Source: a virus (lineage: Duplodnaviria; Caudoviricetes). From it: DNA of 39,029 nucleotides. A program made the translations under genes and the position numbers. Below the pieces are notes generated by a model. That model did not search any database. It saw only the letters and a program-made list of their open reading frames with translations, and was not told the DNA's origin. Positions 1 through 7,993 of this stretch are shown piece after piece (within the stretch, counting starts at the first letter, position 1; each line of letters begins with the position of its first letter). The stretch is from the IMG/VR virus record IMGVR_UViG_3300042997_001377, positions 1 through 39,029 of that record. The stretch is one strand, 5' to 3'.

Positions 1-127
1 TAATTCATTTTGAATTTTAATACTTTCCAGCTCGACAAAATCAATATAATTTTTTACTAAATTTTTATTTTTACTAAATTCATTTGCTACATAACAAACT
101 ATTTTTAAATCTTTTTCAAAAAGTTTT
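1..127. repeat. 127-bp terminal direct repeat, copy 1 (circular assembly overlap)
   Basis: Identical to 38903-39029; 127 is a common assembler k-mer size. Confidence 0.95.
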
Positions 128-267
128 TTAATTTCAAGGTTCAAACCTTTGCCCAAAGTTCCGAAGCAAGTTGTATTTATTTTAGTAATACCATTAACAC
201 AATGAACCGAAGCCCGTATTTTTGTATTATCAATAAAAGTCAATTCAAATAAGTCAATAATTTTCAT
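1..267 (-). CDS. Hypothetical early protein spanning the circular junction (267 to 1, then 38902 to 38888; 93 aa, MKIIDLFEL...ELIKAC)
   Basis: Manual translation is open through the junction, with TAA at 38888-38890. Confidence 0.75.
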   Translation of the reverse strand, partial: MKIIDLFELTFIDNTKIRASVHCVNGITKINTTCFGTLGKGLNLEIKKLFEKDLKIVCYVANEFSKNKNLVKNYIDFVELESIKIQNEL

Positions 268-272
268 TTGTT

Positions 273-446
273 CTAATTTTTAAGTTTAAAAGTAAATTTT
301 TTAAAGTCTTTAATACCAAAAGTATCAATAATCTTATTTTCAGCTATTTTAAGCGCATTTAAGCTATTATTTTCTAAAATTGTTATCTCATTACTAAAAC
401 CAAATTTTGAGTGATTAAAGTAGTATATAAATGTAAATTTTTGCAT
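273..446 (-). CDS. Hypothetical 57-aa early protein (MQKFTFIYY...)
   Basis: Manual translation; A-rich start region; fills the operon gap. Confidence 0.6.
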   Translation of the reverse strand: MQKFTFIYYFNHSKFGFSNEITILENNSLNALKIAENKIIDTFGIKDFKKFTFKLKN

Positions 447-460
447 TTTGTTAATTTATT

Positions 461-1024
461 TTAGTTAATTAATACGTTTAAATTTGTTATACTTTTAATG
501 GTATTTATAAAATCATTTACATTTATATCATTATTCATTTTAAAATTGCTATTATATTTTTTGCCATTTTCAAAAATGTAATAAAATGTAAAATATTGTT
601 TTGAACTTATAATTTTGCCGTTTTTATCAATTTTACCGTTCCAGTAATTTACCTCATTTATAAAATCATTTGCATCGACCTCAATACTAACTATTTTATT
701 TGCATTTTGTAAATTTGTATTTATAATAGTTTCTTTTAATTCCTTTGATTTTTTAATATAAGAAGGTAAAAAACTTTTAAAATTTTGGTATTCTGTTATA
801 CTTTTACCGTTTAACAAATTATTATTTAATAGCAAAGTTTCCAAGCAATCAAAACCAATATTAAAAGTATCATTATTATCATTTTTTACTGTTGCAATGT
901 TTGCAATCAATTTGCCACAATTATCGCAAACACAGCCATTTCCATCAAGTAAGGAAATATATTTTTTATCGATTAAATTGTAATTTACATTTAAAGGTAA
1001 ATTTCTTTTAATTATTGACTTCAT
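461..1024 (-). CDS. Hypothetical protein with CxxC...GxDC putative zinc-binding motif
   Basis: CDNCGK and IGFDC motifs; ATG at 1024 is preferred over the upstream GTG. Confidence 0.7.
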   Translation of the reverse strand: MKSIIKRNLPLNVNYNLIDKKYISLLDGNGCVCDNCGKLIANIATVKNDNNDTFNIGFDCLETLLLNNNLLNGKSITEYQNFKSFLPSYIKKSKELKETIINTNLQNANKIVSIEVDANDFINEVNYWNGKIDKNGKIISSKQYFTFYYIFENGKKYNSNFKMNNDINVNDFINTIKSITNLNVLIN

Positions 1025-1126
1025 AAGTTTAAAATTTAGTTGTTTAAAGTATAAATAAGGCACTAAAATAAGTTAGTATTATATTGTGTTGTTTTTATTA
1101 TAATAGCGCCTTAAAAGTTGTTTTTA

Positions 1127-1369
1127 TTAGTTTTCAATATTAGTACCTGTAAAATCTAAATAATCTAAATCGGTATAATTTTTATCTAAAAATTTATATA
1201 GACTTTTTTTACTTCTGAATAGCTTAATAGTTTCTTTATCAGACCATGCATTTAAAAAACTGTATTGTTTAACCTTTGCAATATAATTGCCTTTAAAGAC
1301 TTTATTTTTATCGGTTAAAATCAATAAATCGTCACTCAAAACGTTTTCTTTTAATATAAATGTTATCAT
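1127..1369 (-). CDS. Hypothetical protein
   Basis: ORF track; A-rich start region. Confidence 0.7.
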   Translation of the reverse strand: MITFILKENVLSDDLLILTDKNKVFKGNYIAKVKQYSFLNAWSDKETIKLFRSKKSLYKFLDKNYTDLDYLDFTGTNIEN

Positions 1370-1381
1370 TTTTTTAAGTTT

Positions 1382-1489
1382 TTAAAAGTTGTTTATTTGC
1401 ATTATTACTGAAACTATTATAACAAAAAAAGTAAACAGTGTTATTTGAATAATTGTATTAATAGTCGGATCGGTTTTTTTACGTTTCAT
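1382..1489 (-). CDS. Small single-TM peptide (35 aa, MKRKKTDPT...)
   Basis: Manual translation; basic N-terminus plus hydrophobic stretch. Confidence 0.55.
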   Translation of the reverse strand: MKRKKTDPTINTIIQITLFTFFVIIVSVIMQINNF

Positions 1490-1513
1490 TTTATTTATAG
1501 TTTAGTTAGTTAG

Positions 1514-1726
1514 TTAATTAATCCAATAGTCAAAATATATTTCTAAATAAAATAAAGGGTAAAAATTTGAAGTAAAATAATACTCAATATCTTTTTTATT
1601 TTTATAATCAAGTTTATAATCAAATTCATAATTATTTTGATCGCAATAAGCCTGAATAACCTGTATTAATTCATTTGCGGTTAATTCATTAAATTTTTTG
1701 TCTGTTAAATTTATTAAAGGATTCAT
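1514..1726 (-). CDS. Hypothetical protein
   Basis: ORF track. Confidence 0.65.
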   Translation of the reverse strand: MNPLINLTDKKFNELTANELIQVIQAYCDQNNYEFDYKLDYKNKKDIEYYFTSNFYPLFYLEIYFDYWIN

Positions 1727-1731
1727 AATGT

Positions 1732-1863
1732 TTAATTTTTTAATTTTTGTATAGTTAATTTATTTAATTTTTTAGTTTCTTGTATTTCATTAAAACAACT
1801 AAAACAAAATGATATTTCAATTATTATTAATAATACTATTGTTAATTTTAAATATGTTTTCAT
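1732..1863 (-). CDS. Small membrane or signal-anchored peptide (43 aa, MKTYLKLTIVLLIII...)
   Basis: Manual translation; start overlaps the upstream stop (TAATG). Confidence 0.55.
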   Translation of the reverse strand: MKTYLKLTIVLLIIIEISFCFSCFNEIQETKKLNKLTIQKLKN

Positions 1864-2192
1864 TATTTACATTTATTTACAAATTCAATAAGTAATTTAT
1901 TTACTTTTTTTTCTCTTATTTTATAGTCAAGATTATAATCTAATGAAATTTTTTGCGCCTTAGCTTCATATTTTAGAACAAGTTTATAATCTACATTTTT
2001 GCCAATAGGATCATAACCAGTTGATAAGCAAACCCCGTCAATATTATAATAATCGCAAGCCCAACCGTTAACCCCGCTTGAATAAGCGAAAGGACGTTTG
2101 TAATGGGTTAAATACTGGATGTCACAATAGCCTAAAGATAGAATATTGTTAAAATTGTTTTTTACCTGGTTTTTAGTTGTTTTTAGTTTCAT
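1863..2192 (-). CDS. Hypothetical phage early protein
   Basis: ORF track; protein-like composition (YSSGVNGWACD). Confidence 0.75.
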   Translation of the reverse strand: MKLKTTKNQVKNNFNNILSLGYCDIQYLTHYKRPFAYSSGVNGWACDYYNIDGVCLSTGYDPIGKNVDYKLVLKYEAKAQKISLDYNLDYKIREKKVNKLLIEFVNKCK

Positions 2193-2215
2193 GATGTTTA
2201 TTTTTATAGTTTATA

Positions 2216-2431
2216 TTATTTTAATTGTTTATAGTTATTTAATGGCGTCCATATTTGCAAAAATTGATTTAAATATTTTGCAGTTGTTTTACTTTGTGGT
2301 TGATCCGCTGTTAAATGTATAGTGCCTATTTCATCGATAATACAAACTATTGTATTATAACTTTGAAATACTATTTTATTATTGTTAAAAAAATAAAATT
2401 GATTAGGTGCTAATTGTTTAATAGTTTCCAT
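2216..2431 (-). CDS. Hypothetical phage early protein
   Basis: ORF track; FQSY...SKTTAKYLNQF motif. Confidence 0.75.
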   Translation of the reverse strand: METIKQLAPNQFYFFNNNKIVFQSYNTIVCIIDEIGTIHLTADQPQSKTTAKYLNQFLQIWTPLNNYKQLK

Positions 2432-2449
2432 GTTTTTAAAGTTTAAAAG

Positions 2450-2554
2450 TTAGTTAATGATTTTAGTTAATTCGATTATTGAAATAGTTGTTACAACTGT
2501 TAAAAGTATAAATACAAATATACTTTGACCTGGATTTTGTTTTATTGCTTTCAT
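2450..2554 (-). CDS. Small single-TM peptide (34 aa, MKAIKQNPGQSIFVFILLTVV...), first gene after the hammerhead
   Basis: Manual translation; start region AAACTAAAACTAAAAAAAATG. Confidence 0.6.
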   Translation of the reverse strand: MKAIKQNPGQSIFVFILLTVVTTISIIELTKIIN

Positions 2555-2586
2555 TTTTTTTAGTTTTAGTTTTAGTTTATATTTTT

Positions 2587-2637
2587 ACTGTTTCATCATT
2601 TTTGAATCATCAGATAAGGTACGCACCTTATTACAGT
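2587..2637 (-). ncRNA. Type III hammerhead ribozyme
   Basis: Minus strand reads ACUGU-A / AUAAGGU-GCGU-ACCUUAU / CUGAUGA / UUCA-AAAA-UGAU / GAA-ACAGU, giving an intact core, stems I-III and a GUA cleavage triplet. Confidence 0.85.
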
Positions 2638-2768
2638 GTCGTTTAAAATAGATATATAAGCACGTTATATAAGTATTTTAAACCTGAGCCATGCCTTTCG
2701 ACCTGAAACCCGCAAACTAATGTTTTTAAACACGTCCGCCTGATTATTTTACTGCTTTAATTCTGATG

Positions 2769-2800
2769 TAAAAATACGTTGTTTATAATTAACCTGCAAA
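2769..2800 (-). promoter_or_regulatory. Bacteroidota sigma-type promoter for the leftward early operon
   Basis: TTTG (2800-2797), 20-nt spacer, TATTTTTA (2776-2769), one mismatch to TTTG-N19-21-TAnnTTTG; a perfect TATATTTG also lies at 2884-2877. Confidence 0.55.
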
Positions 2801-3001
2801 TATTTATACAAGTTTTTTATAAAAAACACTAAAATAATTTTAATTTATTTATAAGTAGTTGATAATTAACAACATACAAATATATATAGTTGTAAGAAAA
2901 TACAACAAATAAAGTAAGATAAAGTATAAATACTACATAAGTCAAATAAGGCTATATAAGAAACAATTAAATCCAGGTAAACAACTAAGATAGTTTTTAT
3001 T

Positions 3002-3009
3002 TAACTTTG
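3002..3009 (+). promoter_or_regulatory. -7 box (TAACTTTG) upstream of terS
   Basis: TAnnTTTG 25 nt before the ATG. Confidence 0.6.
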
Positions 3010-3034
3010 CCTTAAATCTATTAAAACTATCAAA

Positions 3035-3625
3035 ATGAATAAGAAGCAAACAAACACAGAAAGCAAAACACAATTAACAGAAAGCGCAAAAGAATTGATT
3101 AAAACAGTAACGGAAACAAAAGGATCTAAAGAACTAACAACAACACAACCGCAAACAGTTACTAAAAGTATCAATCATAAAAGTAAAGAAGCACAACAAG
3201 AAAGAGAAAGAAAGTTTAAAGAGATCATAACACTAATAGAAAGCAAAGGCGAAAGTCTAACAAAAGCCACAAAGAAAATAGGTTTAGATAAAAAGAGTTT
3301 TATGCTGATGATAGAAAAAGACACCTCTCTTTTACACCAATACACACGCGCGACTGAAGCCCGAGCCGACCTAATAGCCGAGCGAATGGTAAGGAATAGC
3401 CACAACCGAGCCAACGACTTCTATACCGATAGTGATGGCAACCTAAAGCCAAATCCCGTAGCGGTTCAGCGCGATAGGTTAATACTCGACACTGATAAAT
3501 GGCTCTTAAGTAAGCTAATGCCAAAGAAATACGGCGATCGTTTAACCTTAGACGGTGAAGTAAAGACGGGCAACCCGTTGACAATAGAGAATATCAATAT
3601 GATATTAAACGAAATCAAGGAGTAA
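3035..3625 (+). CDS. terS: Terminase small subunit
   Basis: QYTRATEARAD...VQRDRLILDTDKWLLSKLMPKKYGD is an Sf6-like TerS motif; lies upstream of terL. Confidence 0.9.
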   Translation: MNKKQTNTESKTQLTESAKELIKTVTETKGSKELTTTQPQTVTKSINHKSKEAQQERERKFKEIITLIESKGESLTKATKKIGLDKKSFMLMIEKDTSLLHQYTRATEARADLIAERMVRNSHNRANDFYTDSDGNLKPNPVAVQRDRLILDTDKWLLSKLMPKKYGDRLTLDGEVKTGNPLTIENINMILNEIKE

Positions 3626-3987
3626 CAAGGCTTCGCGCTGCTTTTATGCGTGATACTTTACCCAGCCAACAACCAAAACAACACAAATTTGTAGGAAAAA
3701 CAAAGGTACAAACGCGCAAACGTCAAAATTAACATCGTAGCAGTGGCGCGGGTTGAGTCAGGTTGCGCCACGCGGTGAAGACAAGCGCAAAATGTAGGAA
3801 AGCGGGACGGATAGAATAAAACTTTTGAAAATGGAAGGCAGGGAGTATAAATACACCAAAAATATTTTTTACCAAAAATCCCTCACAAAAAAACCTTTTT
3901 TACAAAATAAATTTTCAATTTGCGAATTGCGATATGCGTTTCAAAAAAAAAATTTTTTCAAAAAATCTGATTGTAAAAAACTAATTC

Positions 3988-3995
3988 TATATTTG
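3988..3995 (+). promoter_or_regulatory. -7 box (TATATTTG) upstream of terL
   Basis: TAnnTTTG 15 nt before the ATG. Confidence 0.6.
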
Positions 3996-4010
3996 CATTA
4001 AACTAAGATT

Positions 4011-5471
4011 ATGAATGATGTAGTTGCATTAGAGCAGTTAAGAGTAGTCCAGGCGAAATTAATGTCAAGTTGTATGACTTTTACAAAATACTTCTTTAAA
4101 AAGCGTTATGGAAGGAGTTTTGTAGTTAATAGTCATCACGAGATAATATGTGATGCATTGGATAAGGTAATTAGGGGCGATATAAAGAAGCTTTGCATAA
4201 GTATAGCTCCACGATATGGAAAAACGGAATTAGCGGTTAAAAACTTCATTGCATTAGGTTTAGCGCATAATCCGAGTAGTAAGTTTATACATTTGAGTTA
4301 TTCTCAGAGTTTGGCTTTTGATAATAGTGAAAGTGCGAGAGATTTCGTAGGGAGTGAGGATTTTAATACAATATTTCCTTATGTTGAAATAAGCAAGACA
4401 AGTGCTAGTAAAAATAAGTGGCATACTACGAGAGGTGGTGGAGTGTATGCAACTGCAACGGGTGGGCAGATTACAGGTTTTGGTGCAGGTGAAGTTGATA
4501 GAGAGATTTTCGAAAATTTACCCGAACAGACAAAAGTATTTGCTGGGGCGATTATTATCGATGATGCATTGAAACCTGATGATGCTCTTTCGGATTTAAA
4601 GAGGCAAAGAGTAAATGAGAGGTTTGAAACTACAATTAGGTCGAGAACTAACAGTAGGGAAACACCGATTATAGTAATTGGGCAAAGATTGCACTCAAAT
4701 GACTTAATTGGCTATTTAAAGGAAACTGAAGAAGAAGAATGGACTTTTATTGATATTCCATGCATTACTGTCGATGAATACGGAAATGAACACGCATTGT
4801 GGGAATTTAAGCAAACATTGGCTGAATTGAACCAAATTAGACAAATTGACGAGAATATCTTTGAAACACAGTATCAACAGAATCCACAAGACTTAGTTGG
4901 CAAGTTATTACCGTTACAATCATTACAATTCTATAATTTTGATAACATACCAATAAGCTCTATCGTATTTAAGTTTGCAGTAGGCGATCCAGCAAACACA
5001 GGTGGTGATTATTATTCTATTCCATTTATGCACGTTGCGATTATTGAAGGTAAACTTTTGTGTTTTGTTAAAGGAATTATTCATTCAAAAGAAGGAATTG
5101 AAATTATTAATGAAAAATTAATCGATAAGAGTAGAGAGCATTTTATAGAAGAAGTGTTTTTAGAGGTTAATGGAATAGGGGCTGCTGCTTTTATGTTATT
5201 AAAGCGCGATATGTCAAATAATACAAAAGTTAAACCATTTACGGTTACTATGCCAAAAGAGGCAAGAATTTTGAGTAATAGTGAATTTATTAAGAAACAC
5301 TTTATATTTGACGAAAACTATCAAAGAAATGTTGAATATTCAAGATTTATTAATCATGTTACAAGTTATGAGAGAGAAGGGCAAAATACTCATAAGAAAG
5401 ATGCTATTGATAGTTTAGCTAGTGCTGCAAACATTTTGAAAATTAAATATAAAACCTTGTTATATGGATAA
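4011..5471 (+). CDS. terL: Terminase large subunit
   Basis: Walker A APRYGKT, Walker B IIIDD, QRLH, YQQNP, nuclease DPA and KDAIDSL. Confidence 0.95.
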   Translation: MNDVVALEQLRVVQAKLMSSCMTFTKYFFKKRYGRSFVVNSHHEIICDALDKVIRGDIKKLCISIAPRYGKTELAVKNFIALGLAHNPSSKFIHLSYSQSLAFDNSESARDFVGSEDFNTIFPYVEISKTSASKNKWHTTRGGGVYATATGGQITGFGAGEVDREIFENLPEQTKVFAGAIIIDDALKPDDALSDLKRQRVNERFETTIRSRTNSRETPIIVIGQRLHSNDLIGYLKETEEEEWTFIDIPCITVDEYGNEHALWEFKQTLAELNQIRQIDENIFETQYQQNPQDLVGKLLPLQSLQFYNFDNIPISSIVFKFAVGDPANTGGDYYSIPFMHVAIIEGKLLCFVKGIIHSKEGIEIINEKLIDKSREHFIEEVFLEVNGIGAAAFMLLKRDMSNNTKVKPFTVTMPKEARILSNSEFIKKHFIFDENYQRNVEYSRFINHVTSYEREGQNTHKKDAIDSLASAANILKIKYKTLLYG

Positions 5472-6411
5472 GATAATAATTTACATAAGCAATTACAATC
5501 GAATTGGTGGAGTAGAAACGTTTGTCAATAATTTTATTAAGAGATTACATACGCATTATGATATAACTTTAATGTATGATAATGTAGATACTTTGGAATT
5601 AGTGTTAAGTATATTTGAATATTGTAATTTTGAAAAAATAATGCCTAAAGTTAAGTATAAATGTGATTATTTTATTTGTTCTTCTGCTTGGGGTTATGAG
5701 CCATACGATCAAATAGATGCTAAAAAGTATATACAAATGGTACATGCTGATTATGGATATTACATTAAAGGTTGGAATTTTAGTTATAATAAACACAAGA
5801 AAGTAACGCATCATGTTTGCGTAGGGCAATTAGTTGCTGATAGCTTTGAAAAAGCAACTAAATTAAAATGTGATGCAATTATATATAATTTGTTAGATAA
5901 AAATGTAGTTCCTGTTGCTAAAGTTAATGGTAAGAAATTGCAGTTAGTAACTTTATCGAGGTTAAGTGGCGAAAAAGGTTTTGACAGAATGGTTAAATTT
6001 GCAGAACAAATACCTTGTGATTATGAATGGAACGTATGGGGTAATATAACTGGTATTTGGGCGCAGGCAATAGTTAAGAAATTTAAGCATTTACCTAAAG
6101 TAAAGTTCAATGGAATAACTACAAAGCCTTACAATGAAATTGCTAAAGCTGATTATTTGGTGCAATTAAGTGATACAGAAGGTTATTGTTATAGTGTTAT
6201 TGAGGCTTTACAAATGAATACTCCTTGTATTATTACTCCGTTTACAAGTGGCAATGAACAAATAAAGCATAAAAAAAATGGATATATTATTAATTTTGAA
6301 GTAAAAAATATTAATTTTGACGAAATTATTAATAAAATTCCAAAAGTAGATAGCTTTGTTGAAAATAGTACAGAGCAAGATTGGATAACATTTTTAAATA
6401 AAATAAGATGA
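5464..6411 (+). CDS. GT-B fold glycosyltransferase (GT4 / Glycos_transf_1-like)
   Basis: GGVET N-terminus, SRLSGEKG, SDTEGYCYSVIEAL (ExxxxxxxE motif). Confidence 0.9.
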   Translation: MDKIIIYISNYNRIGGVETFVNNFIKRLHTHYDITLMYDNVDTLELVLSIFEYCNFEKIMPKVKYKCDYFICSSAWGYEPYDQIDAKKYIQMVHADYGYYIKGWNFSYNKHKKVTHHVCVGQLVADSFEKATKLKCDAIIYNLLDKNVVPVAKVNGKKLQLVTLSRLSGEKGFDRMVKFAEQIPCDYEWNVWGNITGIWAQAIVKKFKHLPKVKFNGITTKPYNEIAKADYLVQLSDTEGYCYSVIEALQMNTPCIITPFTSGNEQIKHKKNGYIINFEVKNINFDEIINKIPKVDSFVENSTEQDWITFLNKIR

Positions 6412-6590
6412 TAACATTAAAAGTTTTAAAAACTATTAAAGATAGTTCGATTAAAGATTACAGAAAAGTTAATGATTTATTTGAGGTTGATTTAGAAAGA
6501 TTGGAAGAAATGAAAAAATCATTAGGCAATAAATTTGAATTGTATTTTTTAGTAGTAAAAGGAAATAAAGTAAAAAAAACTAAAAAGTAA
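6408..6590 (+). CDS. Hypothetical small basic protein
   Basis: ATGA overlap with the glycosyltransferase stop. Confidence 0.6.
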   Translation: MITLKVLKTIKDSSIKDYRKVNDLFEVDLERLEEMKKSLGNKFELYFLVVKGNKVKKTKK

Positions 6591-6602
6591 TTAAATTAAT
6601 TA

Positions 6603-6610
6603 TATATTTG
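6603..6610 (+). promoter_or_regulatory. -7 box (TATATTTG) upstream of the portal leader
   Basis: TAnnTTTG in the intergenic gap. Confidence 0.55.
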
Positions 6611-6680
6611 TAGCAATAAATTTGTGTGAAGTAGCACAAAACGATATTTAATGAACGTAAAAACTAACTCTTTAAAATTT

Positions 6681-6717
6681 AAAAGTCTTAATCGATTAAA
6701 TTCGGTTAAGGCTTTTT
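6681..6717 (+). terminator. Intrinsic terminator-like hairpin before the portal gene
   Basis: AAAAGTCTTAATCGA-TTAAAT-TCGGTTAAGGCTTTTT, with G.U pairs on the + strand. Confidence 0.65.
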
Positions 6718-6730
6718 ACATATATAATTA

Positions 6731-7993
6731 ATGGCTTGGTATTCATTTGGTAAAAAAAAGAGTTCTCCTAAGGGTTATGCCGAGTTGCAAAACGATGGCG
6801 CATGGTTAAGTTATTTTAATCAGTATATGCAAAATGCAAATAATGATAAACTTGTTAAATTTGACCAGGACAGGGCGTATGAATTAGCTAATACTATTGC
6901 TGAAATATTTATACCTATTGATGCTATTGCTGAAAGGTGTGCTAATATTAGGTATGATATTATAAATAAAACAACGCAAGAAATAATAACACCTACTGGC
7001 AATTTAAAAAGGCTATTAGACACTCCGAATCCTTTAGATAAGCTAAGCGATGTTATTTATCAAGAAGTTTTTAGTAAGTTATCGGATGGCAATAGTTATT
7101 TTTATACAAAAACAGCTGAAAGTATTGTAAATCCTACTTATGATAATATAAGTAATATTTGGGTATTAAGACCTAACTTAACTAAGCCTGTATTAAAAAA
7201 ACAAATATCTAATCCGTTTTTAATGAAAACGATGGCTGATATTGTAGATTTTTATAAAACGTTCTTTTTTTATGAGCATAAATTACAACCTAGATATGTA
7301 CTTCATAATACAGCTTTAGGTATTACACAAAGTGGAACTGGTAAAAGTCCTTTATTTGCTTGTGAAAAAAACATCAATAACATATTAGCAGTATATCAAG
7401 CAAGGTATAATGTTTATGCTAAAAACGGTAATGCAGGTATATTGGCAAAAGCTCCTGTTGGTGGTGGTGGCGCATCTTTACAAGAAGCTATTGATCCTAT
7501 TACAAGAGATACAATGCTTAAAGATTTACAAGACAGAAATGGATTGATAGGTGATAAGAATTTTATTGGAATGTCAAGTGTTCCTTTACAATTTATTAAA
7601 ACATTAGGCACAATTAAAGAATTAGAGCCATTTGATGAAACATTAGAAAACGCTATTAAAATTGCTGGTGTATTTGGAGTAAATAAAGAGTTGATACCTA
7701 AAAAAGATAATGCAACATTTAGTAATCAAATGATTGCAGAAAAAAGTTTTTGGCAAAACGTAATTAAGGGAACAGCTTATGATGTAGCAAAAACTTTAAA
7801 TAAGGTTTTTTACTTACCTGAAGAATGGACTTTTGAGCCTAACTTTAGTGGTATTGAAGCATTACAAGAAGATAAAAAAGCTGGTTTTGAAGCAGATGGA
7901 TTAATGATTGACAACTTAGATAAGTTAAAAGCAAACGGAATAGACATGAACCAAGCATATTTAAAAATACAAGAAAGGTACAATGGAAAATAA
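6731..7993 (+). CDS. HK97-family portal protein
   Basis: LLDTPNPLD, DGNSYFY, GKSPL, IAGVFGV motifs; gene position. Confidence 0.9.
   Translation: MAWYSFGKKKSSPKGYAELQNDGAWLSYFNQYMQNANNDKLVKFDQDRAYELANTIAEIFIPIDAIAERCANIRYDIINKTTQEIITPTGNLKRLLDTPNPLDKLSDVIYQEVFSKLSDGNSYFYTKTAESIVNPTYDNISNIWVLRPNLTKPVLKKQISNPFLMKTMADIVDFYKTFFFYEHKLQPRYVLHNTALGITQSGTGKSPLFACEKNINNILAVYQARYNVYAKNGNAGILAKAPVGGGGASLQEAIDPITRDTMLKDLQDRNGLIGDKNFIGMSSVPLQFIKTLGTIKELEPFDETLENAIKIAGVFGVNKELIPKKDNATFSNQMIAEKSFWQNVIKGTAYDVAKTLNKVFYLPEEWTFEPNFSGIEALQEDKKAGFEADGLMIDNLDKLKANGIDMNQAYLKIQERYNGK

Noticed and set aside
4576-4600. Other CTGATGA / TCATCAG hits (about 4576, 21902, 24208, 28097, 28836, 34957) as hammerheads
   Set aside because: They lie inside genes and I could not build the flanking stems and GAAA geometry.
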